Of a stretch of DNA of 64,000 bases, positions 26,363-40,357 are shown piece by piece. The translations under genes were made by a program, and so were the position numbers. Each line of letters starts with the position of its first letter. The stretch's first letter is position 1. Below the pieces are notes generated by a model. It did no database searches. It had not been told where the DNA came from and saw only the letters and a program-made list of their open reading frames with translations. Source of the DNA: Marsupella aquatica (taxonomy: Eukaryota; Plantae; Marchantiophyta); assembly GCA_973895155.1 (NCBI GenBank), contig OZ316894.1:20032451-20096450 (forward strand), written 5' to 3'.

Positions 26363-29300
26363 ATGGCCGCGGTCTCAGCTACGATGGCCGGTTCCGTAAC
26401 CCAGGTGTGGATTGTCGGTGCCGCTCCCCCCTTCCGTTCAAGCTCAGCTGGGTTTCGTTTGTTCGTATCTATTGTAGTCTAAGTGGTTATGGAAGAGAAA
26501 CTTTTCTGTGTTCTCCGTGACAATAATGCTTGATCTTGAATGATTGGCGTTGTCATCTGTCTTTGTCTAGGGTTTCTTTCCAACACATGGATATCTTTGT
26601 TGCTGCTTGTCTGCAATCTGTCTTGGGCCGTGCGTACTGCATTATAGAAATTGGTTTTCCTAGCGTTTTTTTTAAGGCTGTGAACAGTGTCCTTGATATG
26701 GAAACTTGGAAGCTTCAGAGGTAGAACTCAGGTCCTGTGTATTTCGTTCGAGATTGTGGTGGAGGTGTCGACGTAGAATGTCTTCTTCACTTGAGAGTTG
26801 ACGATCTAAAAACCACGAAATTGTTCTGAGTACTTGTCGGGGATTGTGCTTTGTGACGGTCAGACCGCAAAGGTGCTGATGGTTGGGGCCGGAGGCATTG
26901 GATGTGAGCTACTGAAAACTCTCGTTTTGACAGGTTTTAAGCACATTCATGTGGTATGTCTCGTTTCCTGTCTCTCTGGTTTACATCGTAAATGTTGTTG
27001 TGTTCAAAAGTTTTACTGCGCAGTGTCTTGCTATCGTTTTCTGTATTCAGATGCGTGTTGAAAGTTTTCGAAACTTTTATTCTTGTCGCTGAGCAGCTGA
27101 GTGTTGTTGTTTGGGACATTGTTCTGCTCTTCATCATATCAGTTGTGATTTTAAATTAAATTTTGCAGATAGATATGGACACAATTGAGGTTAGCAACCT
27201 CAATCGACAGTTTTTGTTTCGGAAACGCCATGTTGGACAATCGAAATCGAAAGTGAGAACCTTTGCATGTCAATTTTTTATTACTATTTTTTCGTCGCTA
27301 AAACTTTCAGCGGTTTTACAAAATTTATCTCTACGCTTTGTGGGAAAGGTCTCGTCGTGGTGGTCTTTCTGTTAATTATACTGTTTTTTCGTGTCAATGG
27401 CCTTCCTTTTAACGAGAACAGCGTACTTGAACCTCTCACCGTACGCTGCTCTGCAAAAATTCCCTTGTGAGTGACATACCTTGGTTAGTTTCTTGCAGGT
27501 GGCGAGAGAAGCTTTACTGAAGTTGAGACCAGATGTGGACATCGTGTCACATCACGCTAATGTGAAGAGCTCGCAATTTGATGTAGAGTTCTTTCAGCAG
27601 TTCAGCCTGGTGCTGAATGGCCTGGATAATCTCGACGCACGACGTCACGTTAATCGGCTATGTTTAGCTGCTAATATACCTCTGGTGGAGAGTGGGACAA
27701 CTGGTTACCTTGGGCAGGTTTGGCTCTGTCCTGCTCTTGGTGCCTCAAGTTTTAGAAGGACAGATTAATTCTGCAGTTCTTGCGAAAAAGGAATTTGTCC
27801 AGACTACAGTGACTTTTTGTGACACATGCACGTTTTTGACGCCAACAACTGACCCTCTGTTGTATCATGGAAATGATTGCATCAGTCGTTCGTTAAGAAT
27901 TTTTCCATCTGCGCATGTCCTTATGAATAACGACCTGGAAATCCGAACATTGGACCGACATTTCATGTCATGCTTTTGTTTCACCATTGCATGGTCCCCT
28001 TCATACTCAAAACTGGGTCTTTGGATGTCATGGAATTGTGACAATTTTTCTGTGGCAGGTCACAGTGCACATTAGGGGCCGTACTGAGTGCTACGAGTGC
28101 CAACCAAAGCCTGCACCCAAAACCTATCCTGTTTGCACTATTACAAGCACCCCTTCCAAGGTACTTGAACTCGCTAATTTGGAGTCGTAGTTTTTGTCGT
28201 GGAAATGATGTACTTGTCTTTTATAAAGAGATTGACTGATTGTGACACTGGTCGTCTTAGCTTGTATAGATAGGAATTGGTACCTCATGGTGCACTTATA
28301 CATGCAACTCATATGAACTACGAGACAATATTGTAAATAGAATTTGGTTGATGATTAAGGATGCTAAATCCATTGTTTTTCTTGCCCAAAATGAATTATG
28401 CTAATGACAATTCTTTTTCTCTGACTCCCAGCCAGTTCATTGTATTGTATGGGCCAAAGACCTAGCCTTTATGAAGCTTTTTGGAGATAAGACTCAAACA
28501 AGTGATTTGGACGTTCGTGTCAATAATGATGACGGTCTACCAAGTGAGGAGCCAGAAGTGAGTTTCTTTGAGGTTCTGACCGGAGAAAGCAGCAGGGCCT
28601 ATGGAGCCCGAATATTTGATCGTCTCTTTGGACACAACATTACAACGGCACTGGAGAACGAAGATGCGTGGAAAGAAAGAAGAAAGCCTTGTCCATTGTA
28701 CCTTTCTGATATCTTTCAGCCGGGAGAACTGGACGACGACGGTAGAAGTGAACCTGTGCGTGACGAGGAACCAGGTGTCATCTCAGCAATGGCCCAACTC
28801 GGACTAAAGAATCCTCAGGAAATCTGGAATGTGAAGACCAATGCCAAGGTGTTCCTGGAATGTGTAAGGTTATACTTGGAAAGGAGAACTACGGTGAGTA
28901 TGCTTCTACAGCGTGTCATTCCTTCTGTTGGTACTTGTCACTCGTGAGCAACAGATATTCATTTGATTTTGTATATTTCAATCAGATACCAGCTAATCGT
29001 GGTTATCATCTGTTGTGTTTGCTGCCACATTTAAGTTACATCCTGCAAAACCGGGATGTTGCTCAAAGGTGGGATCAAACCGAGCAGATGATAGGCGCGA
29101 TTTCACTCCTGGTAATGAAGCACGAGTTTGGCATCGTCGGCATCGTGGCAGACCTTGCAAGGATAGTCGATCGGCATAGCTAATTATCTGGTAATTCAGA
29201 ACATAATGTCGTCACGTTTATTGCTCGCCTGGAGAACTGAAATATGTTAATAATTGTTAGAGTTTTGAATTCGCAGGAAATAGGAAAACTGACATTCGAC

Positions 29301-31137
29301 AAGGATGATGATCTGGCGGTGGAATTTGTTACTGCATCTGCAAACTTGCGTGCACATTCGTTTGGGATTCCTGTGCAGAGCCTGTTTGAGGCTAAGGGTA
29401 TTGCTGGGAACATAGTGCATGCGATCGCCACTACAAATGCTGTAATTGCAGGCTTAATTGTGCTGCAGAGTATCAAACTGCTGGAGAAGGACATAGATGC
29501 ATGCCAGTAAGCAGTTATACTCTTTCTCCTGCAAATTCGAATCGACTCTGGCTTGTTCTTCTCACCCAAGAAATGTGATTTGTGTCCTGTAGTACGATGT
29601 ACTGCAAATTGCATAAACGTAACTAAGTTTTGCAGTGGATTCTAGTGATTATCGACTTAGGCCGGTACTTGCCAGTACCTCCTTGCCTGCTCAGTGACTT
29701 ACGATGCGATTTGTAGTTCCGTGATGGATGTGAAGGAACGCAGATGACGTTTGCTGTGGACATTAATGCTGACATCCATCACAAGCTCATTTCTCAAATG
29801 GTTAATTTTTTGTTTCTAGAGAACTATCTGTCTCGAACAGCTATTAGTCAGTTGGCGAACAAGTTGGATACGTCACTCAGTAATATGATTTTTTGCCTTG
29901 CAGAATGACATATTGTTTGGAACACCCTTCAAGAAAGTTGCTTCTGATGCCAGTGGAGCCATTTGAACCAAATCCACGTTGCTATGTTTGCTCAAAGGTT
30001 ACTTACTGGTCTATTATTTAATTGATGATTATTTATTCAAACCCCTCTAGTACTCTGCAGCAAAATTACCGAATTCATTAGAAAAGATTTACCAGAATAA
30101 ACCGTGCATTCTGCTTTCCCTTGCAAGGGATGCGTTGGGGTGTCTTTGCGCCGGGTCTTTCAAGCCTGGTCTATGAATCAAGCTGCTGTTTGCTGACTAG
30201 AAGTTATTGCTATTTCTAATTGTTGTTGTTTCGTTGATCCTCCAGACACCACTAGTGCTAGAGGTGAACACTTACACAGCAACTTTGAGGGAAGTTGTTG
30301 ACAAGATTGTCACACGTAAACTTGGCGCAAATTCGCCTATCATTATGATGGGTTCAAATGTTATCTACGAGACCGGTGATGACTTGGAAAAGGATATGGT
30401 TGTACGTTTTGAGAAGAATCTGGACAAGGTATGTCGCACACCTCTGAGGACCTTGAGATTTCTTTTTGTGTAATGACAAGCTCAAAGCTATGATTTACCG
30501 CTTCACATACGAAGGATCTTCCTAGATGTGTTAAAAATATTTCCTTGGCTTCTTCGGTGAGCTAACATTCTTTGCAATGTCCTTTACTGGCAGAAACTTT
30601 CGTCTTTCCCAATCCCAATCACAAGTGGCTCAGTCATTACAGTGGAGGACCTCCAACAAGAATTCACATGTAGCATGCATGTGAAACACAGGTGCATATT
30701 TTCTTGCAGTGTTACAGGTTATTTTTGATGATTGGCTACATGTTACGCCTCTGGTTGTGTAATATTAGCATGCTAGCAGCATAAAAATTGTGGATTCAAA
30801 CGCTGGAGATTTGCATTATCGTTTTTCATCCATGTCTCACATCTTGTGCCTTATGTGATACAGGGAGACGTTTAGTGAAGAGGAAGTGGATGGAATGGTG
30901 TTGTCAGGACTAACAGAAGATCCTTCTTCAATTACTGAAGAACCTGCTGCCTTAAAGGCGAACCAGGTTGTAAAGGCGACTTCACTTGATCAAGTACCTG
31001 GTGATAAAGAGGATGGTTTTGTAATGATATCGGCTGACGTAGATGATGATATTATAATGACTGCTCCTCTCACCAGCATCAAGAGGAAGCTGGAGGGAGA
31101 TGAAGGAGATGACTTACCAAAGAAGGTAAAAGTCTGA
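26363..31137 (+). CDS. SAE2: SUMO-activating enzyme subunit 2 (UBA2/SAE2), about 11 exons
   Basis: [50 protein letters not shown], catalytic [40 protein letters not shown] and a C-terminal bipartite NLS KRK...KKVK. A short first exon 26363-26404 is inferred. Confidence 0.95.
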
Positions 31138-31755
31138 GGATGTGGTTGTCGTTCATGACTCTACTTTTTACTCTTGTACCTCTTCTCATGAAAGGGTTTT
31201 TCAGAGGTAATCAATTGTACAGGAATATTTCAGCTATGTCAAGAGACTATCGAATGAATGTTGGATCCAAAATGGTTCTGTATCTGAGGAGCTTGGGGTA
31301 GATTGGTGGTCGGCTGGATGCTTCATCTTCACACAGCTGTGTCACGTAATAAGAAAGCCGCAACTTGATTCGACCTCAGAGGGAGGGGAGAACTTGGGGA
31401 AAGTTCGGTTTGATCATATTGACTGACTTATTGGAACAGCCATTCTATCCGTGGGATGCTCAATTTATACAAGGAAATGTCTGGGGATTGTCTGACGGAT
31501 TTGCCTTCTGAATTTCTTGTCCCAACATCACCATGACTTTCAACGTAAGAAACCTCAACAGTTCGGAGGAGCCCTTCCAGCCCTTCCAACCAATCTCATG
31601 TTTCACGGTGGTGTAAGAGAACTGCAAGACGATCATGAACCACCCCACTGATGTTCCAGTCTCACGGATTCTTGAAGTGCCACATTCCACCCCCAGTGAC
31701 AGCGTTCTCACGGATTGGTATATTCTTAGGGCTTCCTGTATTGTGAAGATTTGGA

Positions 31756-31801
31756 ATCACTCGAGGTTAGTTCCAGGCATCACTCGAGGTTAGTTCCAGG
31801 C
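31756..31801. repeat. Perfect 2 x 23-bp tandem duplication
   Basis: atcactcgaggttagttccaggc occurs twice in tandem. Confidence 0.9.
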
Positions 31802-32556
31802 ACCATTGCTTGGAAGGAGTATTTATAATTAATATTCCTAGGAGGAACCAAACGAGCAGTCCACTAGGGTAAACAATGCCCAACGAACAAAAGAAATAGC
31901 AACCCACACCATGCAACAATAATTAGATGGTAGCCACTTTGGTAGATATACTGGCACACTCTTGGGGCATTCGTGAAGATTTGTTAGCTAGGATTATTTG
32001 TGGCATTCCTGAAGATTTGGAATCACACGGGATAACAAGAATCGTTCGTGACTACCGGAGTATCTTGTAATTTGGGAGACACGGATAGGATTACTTTGTG
32101 AAGGAAGCTGTTTCATTTAGTTTTTTTTTCAGCCTGGAGCGATTTCTTTGAGGTCAACGATCCTACTCACAGACTCGGGCCTGAGACTGGACCCGAAGAT
32201 TGGGAGTTACCAAACCGGGATGAACCCGATGGGGACTTTACAAGCACTAGGAGGCTGGGTTTCTTCTTTCTTTCTGTCTCTGCTCTTTCCCTTTCACAAC
32301 ATGGCCGTACTTGACGTTACATTAGTTTAGATGCACAATCTGGCAAAACTTTTTTGACACGTACTGGCTCAGGCATTGACTTTGAAATGCCTTCCAAAAT
32401 ATATGTACCACATCGCTCCATACCCTGTAAACGTCGCAATTGTTTTTACATCAGTGTATATTACCACATTTTGAAATGTGTGACTACCGGCAGGATTTTG
32501 GCTAGGCATTACTGTAATGTATGATATTGACCTCACTTTTATTTTTCCCTCCCTGT

Positions 32557-32614
32557 TCTTGTAAAGCTGCCCTTAGGCCACCTCTTGCGGTAATCTAAGG
32601 GGGGCTTTACAAGA
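32557..32614. repeat. 20-bp inverted repeat (hairpin) belonging to the dispersed TCTTGTAAAGCC family
   Basis: tcttgtaaagctgcccttag ... ctaaggggggctttacaaga are complementary at 18 of 20 positions. Confidence 0.8.
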
Positions 32615-32844
32615 GGGTGGGGGCCGTTCACTCTCTCTTCATCCAGAGCAAAGCTGATGGCCATTTCATTCCACAAAAGTTAAAATGCCTGAGCCAAAAT
32701 GTGTCAGGTCTGGAAATAATCAATGCAATTCCCTTAAAACAAGCTGCCGTTTGCTCCAAGTTTTTAGACCACCTCAAGAGGAGGTCTAAGTTTTTGACAA
32801 AAAAGTTTGCACACCTCACCAAAAAAAGGGACCCACAAGGGACC

Positions 32845-33090
32845 CACTGACAGATGACTAGGTTGGGTAATGCTTTTTGTTCATTGTGCCCCCAAGTTCA
32901 TGTAAAGTGAAGTGTGGCCAGTTCCCACATATGAATGGCTAGGATTGCATCTTTCACTTAGAAAAAACACTGACAAATGACTAGGTTGGGTAATGCTTTT
33001 TGTTCATTGTGCCCCCAAGTTCATGTAAAGTGAAGTGTGGCCAATTCCCACATATGAATGGCTAGGATTGCATCTTTCACTTAGAAAAAA
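32845..33090. repeat. 2 x 123-bp near-identical tandem duplication
   Basis: cactgaca.atgactaggttggg...cacttagaaaaaa starts at 32845 and again at 32968. Confidence 0.92.
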
Positions 33091-36000
33091 TGGAATGGCT
33101 GCCCCCAAGTTCTTGTAAAGCCCCCCTAAAAAGTGGATAGCTTGGTCTGTTTTTATTTTCTCGAAACCTGACACGTTTTGGACCTCACGTTTGCAATGAC
33201 TTGAAGAGTGACTATTTGCGCTCCCAGTTCTTGTCACGCCCAGTAGGCCATGATTTAAAAGTGAACTACTCCCTCTTTTGCCTTTACCATAGCCACATTA
33301 TATCTCAAAAGAAATTTAGTGATGGGGCTGACTCGTCGCATCTCTCAGGTGCTGTCCTCAGTAGTCAGTACTCCTCCCAACCCACTCCGTGCTGGTGAAT
33401 GTGAATTGCACATCCATTTTCACAATTCCACTTGGTCATCAGGGTACTCTTAAAACGAGCTCTTAAAACTTTCACTCTGACAATCTCGCGCGGTACAGGT
33501 CATGGAGCTTTTCACGATAAAACCGAAGTTCTGAGCTCAGTATTTTCATCGGCTGCAAATCACCACTGACTAAGCAAACGTCGGAACTCGTATCTCGGAA
33601 CTCTTAAGCATCCGTGGAGGATACAGTCGCGCAATAGACCTGCTCAAATTGATGTAGACCATGGAGCTCTGGGTTTCGTCTGTTCATGAGTTGGTTCGTA
33701 GTCACAAATTTAGTAGTGCCCGCTTCTGGATACGGCTGTCGAGGGACGTAGAATTGAAGGATCTGGGTTGGAGATGCTCTAACGTTGGCTACGGAAATCC
33801 AATTTCCTAAATTCAGATGATTTCGCTTTATCTATGTTACTCAGATTGTGTCTGATATCAGTAACCTTTGAAATTGCTTCCTGCTAGGCCTGATCTCGCC
33901 TGGCTTCGCGCGCCTCATATTTACTAGTCCGTCATGTGCCAAGAAAGAAACATTCCATAGATATTCACGATATTCATATCCCACGATTATGTGATCGATG
34001 TTCGAAATCAACCGGTCAAATCTTCCTCGAGACTATGCTAGATACCGTAATCAGCGATCAGCATGGTTACGTGCTAATGCAGAGATGACACCTACCACGA
34101 AATCTCAACAGTTTCCACGGCGGTTTGGAGAGAATATTGGTCGTTGCAAAAGACGTCTCGGTCCTGTGTTCAACCGAGCCACCACACAGATCATTCAACT
34201 ACTTCGAACTCAGGCTAAGCTTGAGCTCTGGAAATTGTTTTTAATCAGCAGTGTACTTCCCATACCAGCCTGTCGGCAAGAACCTGCCTCGAAGCTGGTT
34301 GAATTTATTATACTGTACGCAACATCGTTCTATACGGTAATTGTGACGTTAGGAGTAACGACAGGAGGTTGACCTGGGTCCGGCATCCTGCTGAGAGTTG
34401 GTTTCTCAGGGAGATGACGTCTACAACGAACATTCTTAGGCACTGAACGCCTTTATAAGCATAGGTTGGTAGTTAGATTGCGACCCACAAGGGCTCGAAA
34501 AGCCATCCCTAAACATTCAGAACCTCGAGTTTGCGGAAGTACGTGACTGCAGTGTTGTGATGCATCTCCTTCAGCTCATGTTTACCTTTTGAAATACGTA
34601 ATGGAGACGTCATCTTCTCTCTCATCTTCCCATTCCGATCGTGGAGTTCCGTAAAGTGATGATGAATCCTCTCTAGAGTAAGCTGCTTTTCACCTACGTC
34701 AAGAAATTGGTAACGAACGTTTAACCAAATGCTACTTCAATATTCTAAAGCTGGACTTGAAAATGCAGCCCTCGTGAAACCTTGTTCACTAGTCAGGCTT
34801 GAAAGAGCCAGGCAGATCTTTATCAATTAGTCGAGATCCTTATCAGTTCGTTGCATTCCATTCATGAAGAACGGCTGGAAAACTATAATCATGAGTGATA
34901 TAGGCCTTTTAACTAACTCCACCACCCAAGCAAAGTAACATTTTGTAGGCCGTGGAATCCTCTACCAGAAAGCGGGTACCATCCAATCATCAGGAGATTT
35001 TATTCTCAGTGATCTTCTGATGATTCGCTCTTTCTGATAATTCGCTTTCTTCACCACATTGAGACTGGGGAGGTTTACCGTGTACCGTAATTGGATGTCT
35101 GAGCATCAATTAACCTTACAGTTCGGACCGCAATAACTCATGCAGAGTGATATTGAGCTGGCCAAGGACGTTCTCTTAATAATCGTGAGTCAGCGTGACG
35201 GAATTATGACCACATACAGTTTCGATTGTCGACCTCCAAGAGAAGCGCTACATTTGTGTGCCCTCCGCATTGCTCGTTTCGATACAATATTTGCATTCCG
35301 CATGCAGGCTAATTATAATGGACAGGCCTCCCTCTAATCAGGAAGCAAAATTGGGTTTAGATGTTCCTTCGCGAGTTCGTATCAATGGAAAATCTTAGCG
35401 CATTGATATTTTCGTAGAGGACGCGCGACCAGGTTCCTTTGTTCCGAAATCTCTGTTAGCATGTCTCTGAGATTCTCATAATCAGAGGAGCACTCCTTTT
35501 TCCTTGAAAATTCCGCTGTATGACACAACCAGGACACACGCACCGTCCTGCACGGATAAACAGCTCGGTCTTCTATAACCTCCTGTTACCCCCGCTGTTA
35601 CCGGACTGCATACGGTAGTAGGTTGGGTTTTGCCTGGAATTTTTCATTGAATTCCATCAAGACAGTGAAGGTACGTACTGGCATCATTCAGAGGTTGTGC
35701 GCTCAGGATTTTTTGCTTGACAGTGTATCGGAACCGGGTCGGAACTCGTAAGTGGGTACTTTCTGTGCAGGATCGAATCAGGAATAACGGATTCGACGGC
35801 CATGGAACTGTAGTTCCTTTGACTTCCAATAGAGGGTTCGATTGTCGTACTGTGCATTATGGCCAGTCCCACCTCCGTAAACATCCATCATAATTACCTC
35901 TCGACGGGGTCCATTACTCCATATCCAATCGGACGACGCTTTTGAACTGGTCCTGACGAACAGCTTTCTCATACCGTAGAAATGGCGTGTCTGTTGCTGT

Positions 36001-36775
36001 AGGATGAAAAATCTTTTATAATTAATCACAGGACCAGTCTGTTTAGAAAGTAATGCCAGTGACGTACTTCCGTGTCGCTAACTCGCGTCTGTAGAATCGG
36101 TTAAGACTGCCGTTGTAGCACTCATTCGTTTCGTGCACCTTCCATGCCTCGGCTGCTTCCTTCCCCTTTTATGCATTTCCTTTGCCCGGGGTTCTTTCCA
36201 TCGCTGATCAGTGTAACGTATGTTCCCTCCACAAATTTAAGAGATCTATTTCAAGAAACGGCATTCAACAGGGCATCCTGTTACGAACAGGGGGATCACC
36301 GTCAGGTCTTGCAGCGAAAACACAGGGCCTTTCTCGTGAAGGTAGGGCCCCGTGGCTCCGAATCCCAATTATTATTGTTTCTTCCAGCTGCTTGTCCTCC
36401 TAGATTTAGATACAATTAAGCTAGGGGATCACGACCTTTCAAGTCCTATCTCCGAGGGAGTCTTGGACATTCGGGCAACAGTGCAAAATAGGTCAATTGG
36501 TCAATGAAAGAGGCGGTGGAACTCCTTTAATGAGCAGCCATGCAACTCACATTTGTCTGTATTATAGTTGATAAATAAAATTTTCAATATAATTTGTACA
36601 AGCCCAAAGAGAGATTCTCAATGTACTTTGTACTAGCCAAATACCCATGCTTACAGAGGGCTAGCTTACTAAGAATCCCATGCAAGGAAGGGCTCCCTTA
36701 CCGACACTCTCATGCCCATCACTACTCAAAAGCATAATTGAAATATTTGTTAAAATGTGAAGAGGACAGACTTCG

Positions 36776-36913
36776 ATGCTGATTGTAGTGCGATATAGTA
36801 GGTAGCCAGCCTCGCAGGTCCAAATTTCAACGAAGGAAGGTGACCTTGATGCTAATTATACTACGATGTAGTAGGTAGCCAGCCTCGCAGGTCCAAATTT
36901 CAATGAAGGAAGG
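36776..36913. repeat. 2 x ~72-bp tandem duplication
   Basis: tagtaggtagccagcctcgcaggtccaaatttcaa.gaaggaagg occurs twice. Confidence 0.88.
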
Positions 36914-38624
36914 AGGGAAACCTCACGAAATTGCCATCTGATCTGTAGGGTAGTTACTTCCCTTCGATTTGTCTGGGCCAATTTTCGAATTTATAACCGA
37001 AACTCTGGTTGACCTTCAAATCATTCCTAGAAGAGGCATACGAGCATAAAGGCATGGCCATGATTGTGTTGCATATTTCGGTCATTTTGGTTGGCCTCAA
37101 TGTCAACAGATGGCGGCCAACCATGTGGAGTTGTGGCAGTTTGGTTGACTTACGTCCGTCACCGTTCATCGAAAGAAGAGATGGAATCGGATGTCACACA
37201 GTAGGGCAGGTACAATTTGATCGAAAAATAGGTTCTCCATGCACTACACGTCTGCACCACCTGAGCTCCAATTGCAGCCGGGGTCGCCCTTGTTATCTTT
37301 TCCTGTTTTGCTGTTTTATGCTACTTCACACGAGGTATTATGTTTGCACGGTATGACTGTCGTGACCGCAGCCTACCATTTTTCCGTAGGTTAGAGAGCA
37401 GATGACTGTGCGCTCTCCGCCTCTCCCCTCCTGCAGAGCTAATTAACTCTACAGTCCACTGCAACTGGTACGATGCAGCGACACAGATGGTGCCTCCCCC
37501 ACCTGAGACCGTAAGTCTAAAGCTCATCTTGTTTTATCACGGTTGACCATCAATCGTGGCAGCTGAGATTACACAGTCATCATCGTCATCATCCCGTCTC
37601 AGATTTGGCGTATCTCATCGGCAAATCGGAAATTTCTGCAACTGCTGCTCTCCTCCCATAATTTTAATCTTCAGTTTGAGCTTACACATTCATCATGGTC
37701 ATCATTCCGTCTCAGATTTGGCGTATCTGATCAGTAAACAATGAGATGCTGCAGATCTCCTATTATTATTTTGCTCTTGTCGTCAGTCCTTAGCGAATGC
37801 CATTGCGGGCAGTTAGCGGTTAGAAGGTCGCATGCCTCGCATTTCTAGCAAGCTATGACGGGCACTGGCAGTAATTAGGGGTGAACTGAAGTAGTAGTTG
37901 AGCAGTTAGTTAGTCCATTGCTGATGTCAAGCTCGTCGTCGGGTGTCCCAATTCTGCTTGTCACCTTTGGTTGTCCTCGTACCTTCCTGCCTGCCTGGTG
38001 CAGTTAGTGCTGATGATTGCCTTTGGCCGTTCCCTCCTCCCACCAGCCTGCCACAGCGAGAATGCCGATGGACATTCCATCACTTCGTGATTTCGTTGCA
38101 GATTATCATTCGCCCTTCTCTCAGCATCAATCTCCCCTCCAACTCCAACTCTCAGCTTCCGTACCCGCTTCCGTAGCAGTTCTTTCTGCCGGCCATAGCG
38201 GACAGGTTCCTCCCAGACTGCCATTCACCGTGCCTCACCATCTGTCTCAACTTCCGAAGTTCCGTAGCATCTCGTTCTACCTGGCAGCCGTAATTAGAGA
38301 ACCTGTCCACGGAGATCTGCAGACACATTAATTGATACAACCCCCTTCGATCGGGCTCTCCGGTGCTGACCGGAACCTGTCAGTTCCCTGATTACGATTC
38401 ACCCAGATCACGATTGGATTCTATCCATTTCATTCCAGGACAAGTGACTTTTTCACCAAAGCAAACTTGAGAAGAGGCTATAATTGCGCATCAAGTCTGC
38501 TATGTGACAAGTGCTTACAGGTTGATTGTGTTTTTCATATCACCATAAGCCTATGGGTTTTTTTATATCACTCAGTGTCTTTCCTCCTATGGCTGTTGCT
38601 TATTTATGCACAGTCATATCGACC

Positions 38625-38925
38625 CAAATTTGAGGGCCACTTCTTGCTTCAAAGACCAAACCAAAAAAAACTTCAATGAATAGAATCCAGTGAAGTTTGA
38701 AAATGTTTAGTCTTAAATCACAACTTGCCCTGTAAGAGCCAGGAGTTACTGTAGCTCTCATTATAAACTGCACCAAACTTGAGGGCCACTTATTGTTCCA
38801 AAGACTCAATCAAAAATCTTCAATGAATAGAATTCAGTTGAATGAAAGTTTGAAAATGTTTAGTCTAAAATCACAACTTGTCCGATAAGAGCTAGGGGTT
38901 AGTGTAGCTCTCATTATAAACTGCA
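38625..38925. repeat. 2 x ~150-bp tandem duplication within the dispersed repeat family
   Basis: tgagggccactt.ttg...cttcaatgaatagaat...tgtagctctcattataaactgca occurs twice. Confidence 0.85.
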
Positions 38926-40357
38926 TGCATTCTATTTCACTAGGAATGGGCTTGGGCGCCACCTTTTATGGTGAATACCCTGTTCACCACAGGACAGGAA
39001 TGAACAATAGGGAGGCAGAGAACGGGACTACTATTAAGGCAGGTGTGGTTTAAGGTGATCTAAAGTTCTAGACAAAGTAAACACACCATACTCATCTCAT
39101 AAAATTCCAATCCCTTCAATGAAAATGTTTCTCTTGAGCTATCTAATATTATAGCCAAAATAAGCACAGCACATGGCCGAATAAACTATTTGACCCATTG
39201 TCTGTCATGTGAGATGAATAAAACCATATGGTGACCCAAGTTCTTGTAAAGAAGCGCCAGACGCCATACTTGAATGTACCCCAGGTTCTTGTACAGCAGC
39301 TGAAGTGCCAGCCATTTCCACCAATAAGGTGCAATTTGAAATGAAAGTACACAGAAACAATGGCCACCAAACTATCTCAAAGTCACCACAAAATATGACA
39401 TATATGGGGTAAAATATGACATATATCATGTAGGACATTTCTCCATATCATGTAAACCATGTTCTATTTTTTAAATCGAAGAGTGCACACCTTGTACTAA
39501 CACATTTTGATATGTGATTACAGGCAGGGAAAACCACCCTTACTACTATCAATTACACTAAACAGCATGCGTACAACGTTCATCATCATTAGAGTCAGCT
39601 CTGCCTGAGTACACCCTCCATAAGTGCAGACTCTAGTTTACTGCAAGATTGATCGTTCTTTACTTTTTCTCCGGACGGCTTTGCGATATTGTGCGCTTTT
39701 CAGAAGTGAAACACTTGGCAAGAACTCGGTACCCGCCAGGTTCTCCTCACCAAAAAGTAATTACAAACCTACTATTTCCTTCGAGGCAACTCCAGTGCTT
39801 ATCCCAGCAGTGAAGTGTCGCCCTCATGAGTGGGAGGGTGCAAGCTCGGTATCAGCGCAAAGATCGCCAATGTTTAGTTGTGCCTGGAGGGCAGTGGGGA
39901 AGGTGCCCTGCCGAGGTCACTCTTCCTTCTCAATCGAGAGAACCCTGATGCCAAGTCGTGCCCTGACGCACGAGATCGAAATCATGGCGGATTTTTTCCC
40001 CTAAAAGTCAGTTTTTATCTTTTTGGGAGGTTTCATGCAGGTATTCACGATGTGGAAGTCTGCTTCCCAAAAGGCGAAATGTAGAAGTAGAGTCACGCAA
40101 AGAACAGTGCCTTGCAAAGGTTGTCAATAGTTTATTCGGCGAACATATTCTGAAGAAAATCACCAGTCACTTCAATTTGTGAAAAGGTGAGGTGACCTGT
40201 TGGCCCAGAAGATATGCTCCTTTTAAATACATAATTACTTAATCACAAACATGCTTTGCTGTTCTAATGTTTTTATGTACAGGACCTGAAGTAAAGCTCA
40301 TATGTGGTCCCTCTACTCTAGCTCAGGCCTGCGTACTGATATCTTAACTCGTGAATC

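Noticed and set aside
37961-38340. Coiled-coil-like ORF fragments
   Set aside because: They are short, interrupted and carry no family signature.
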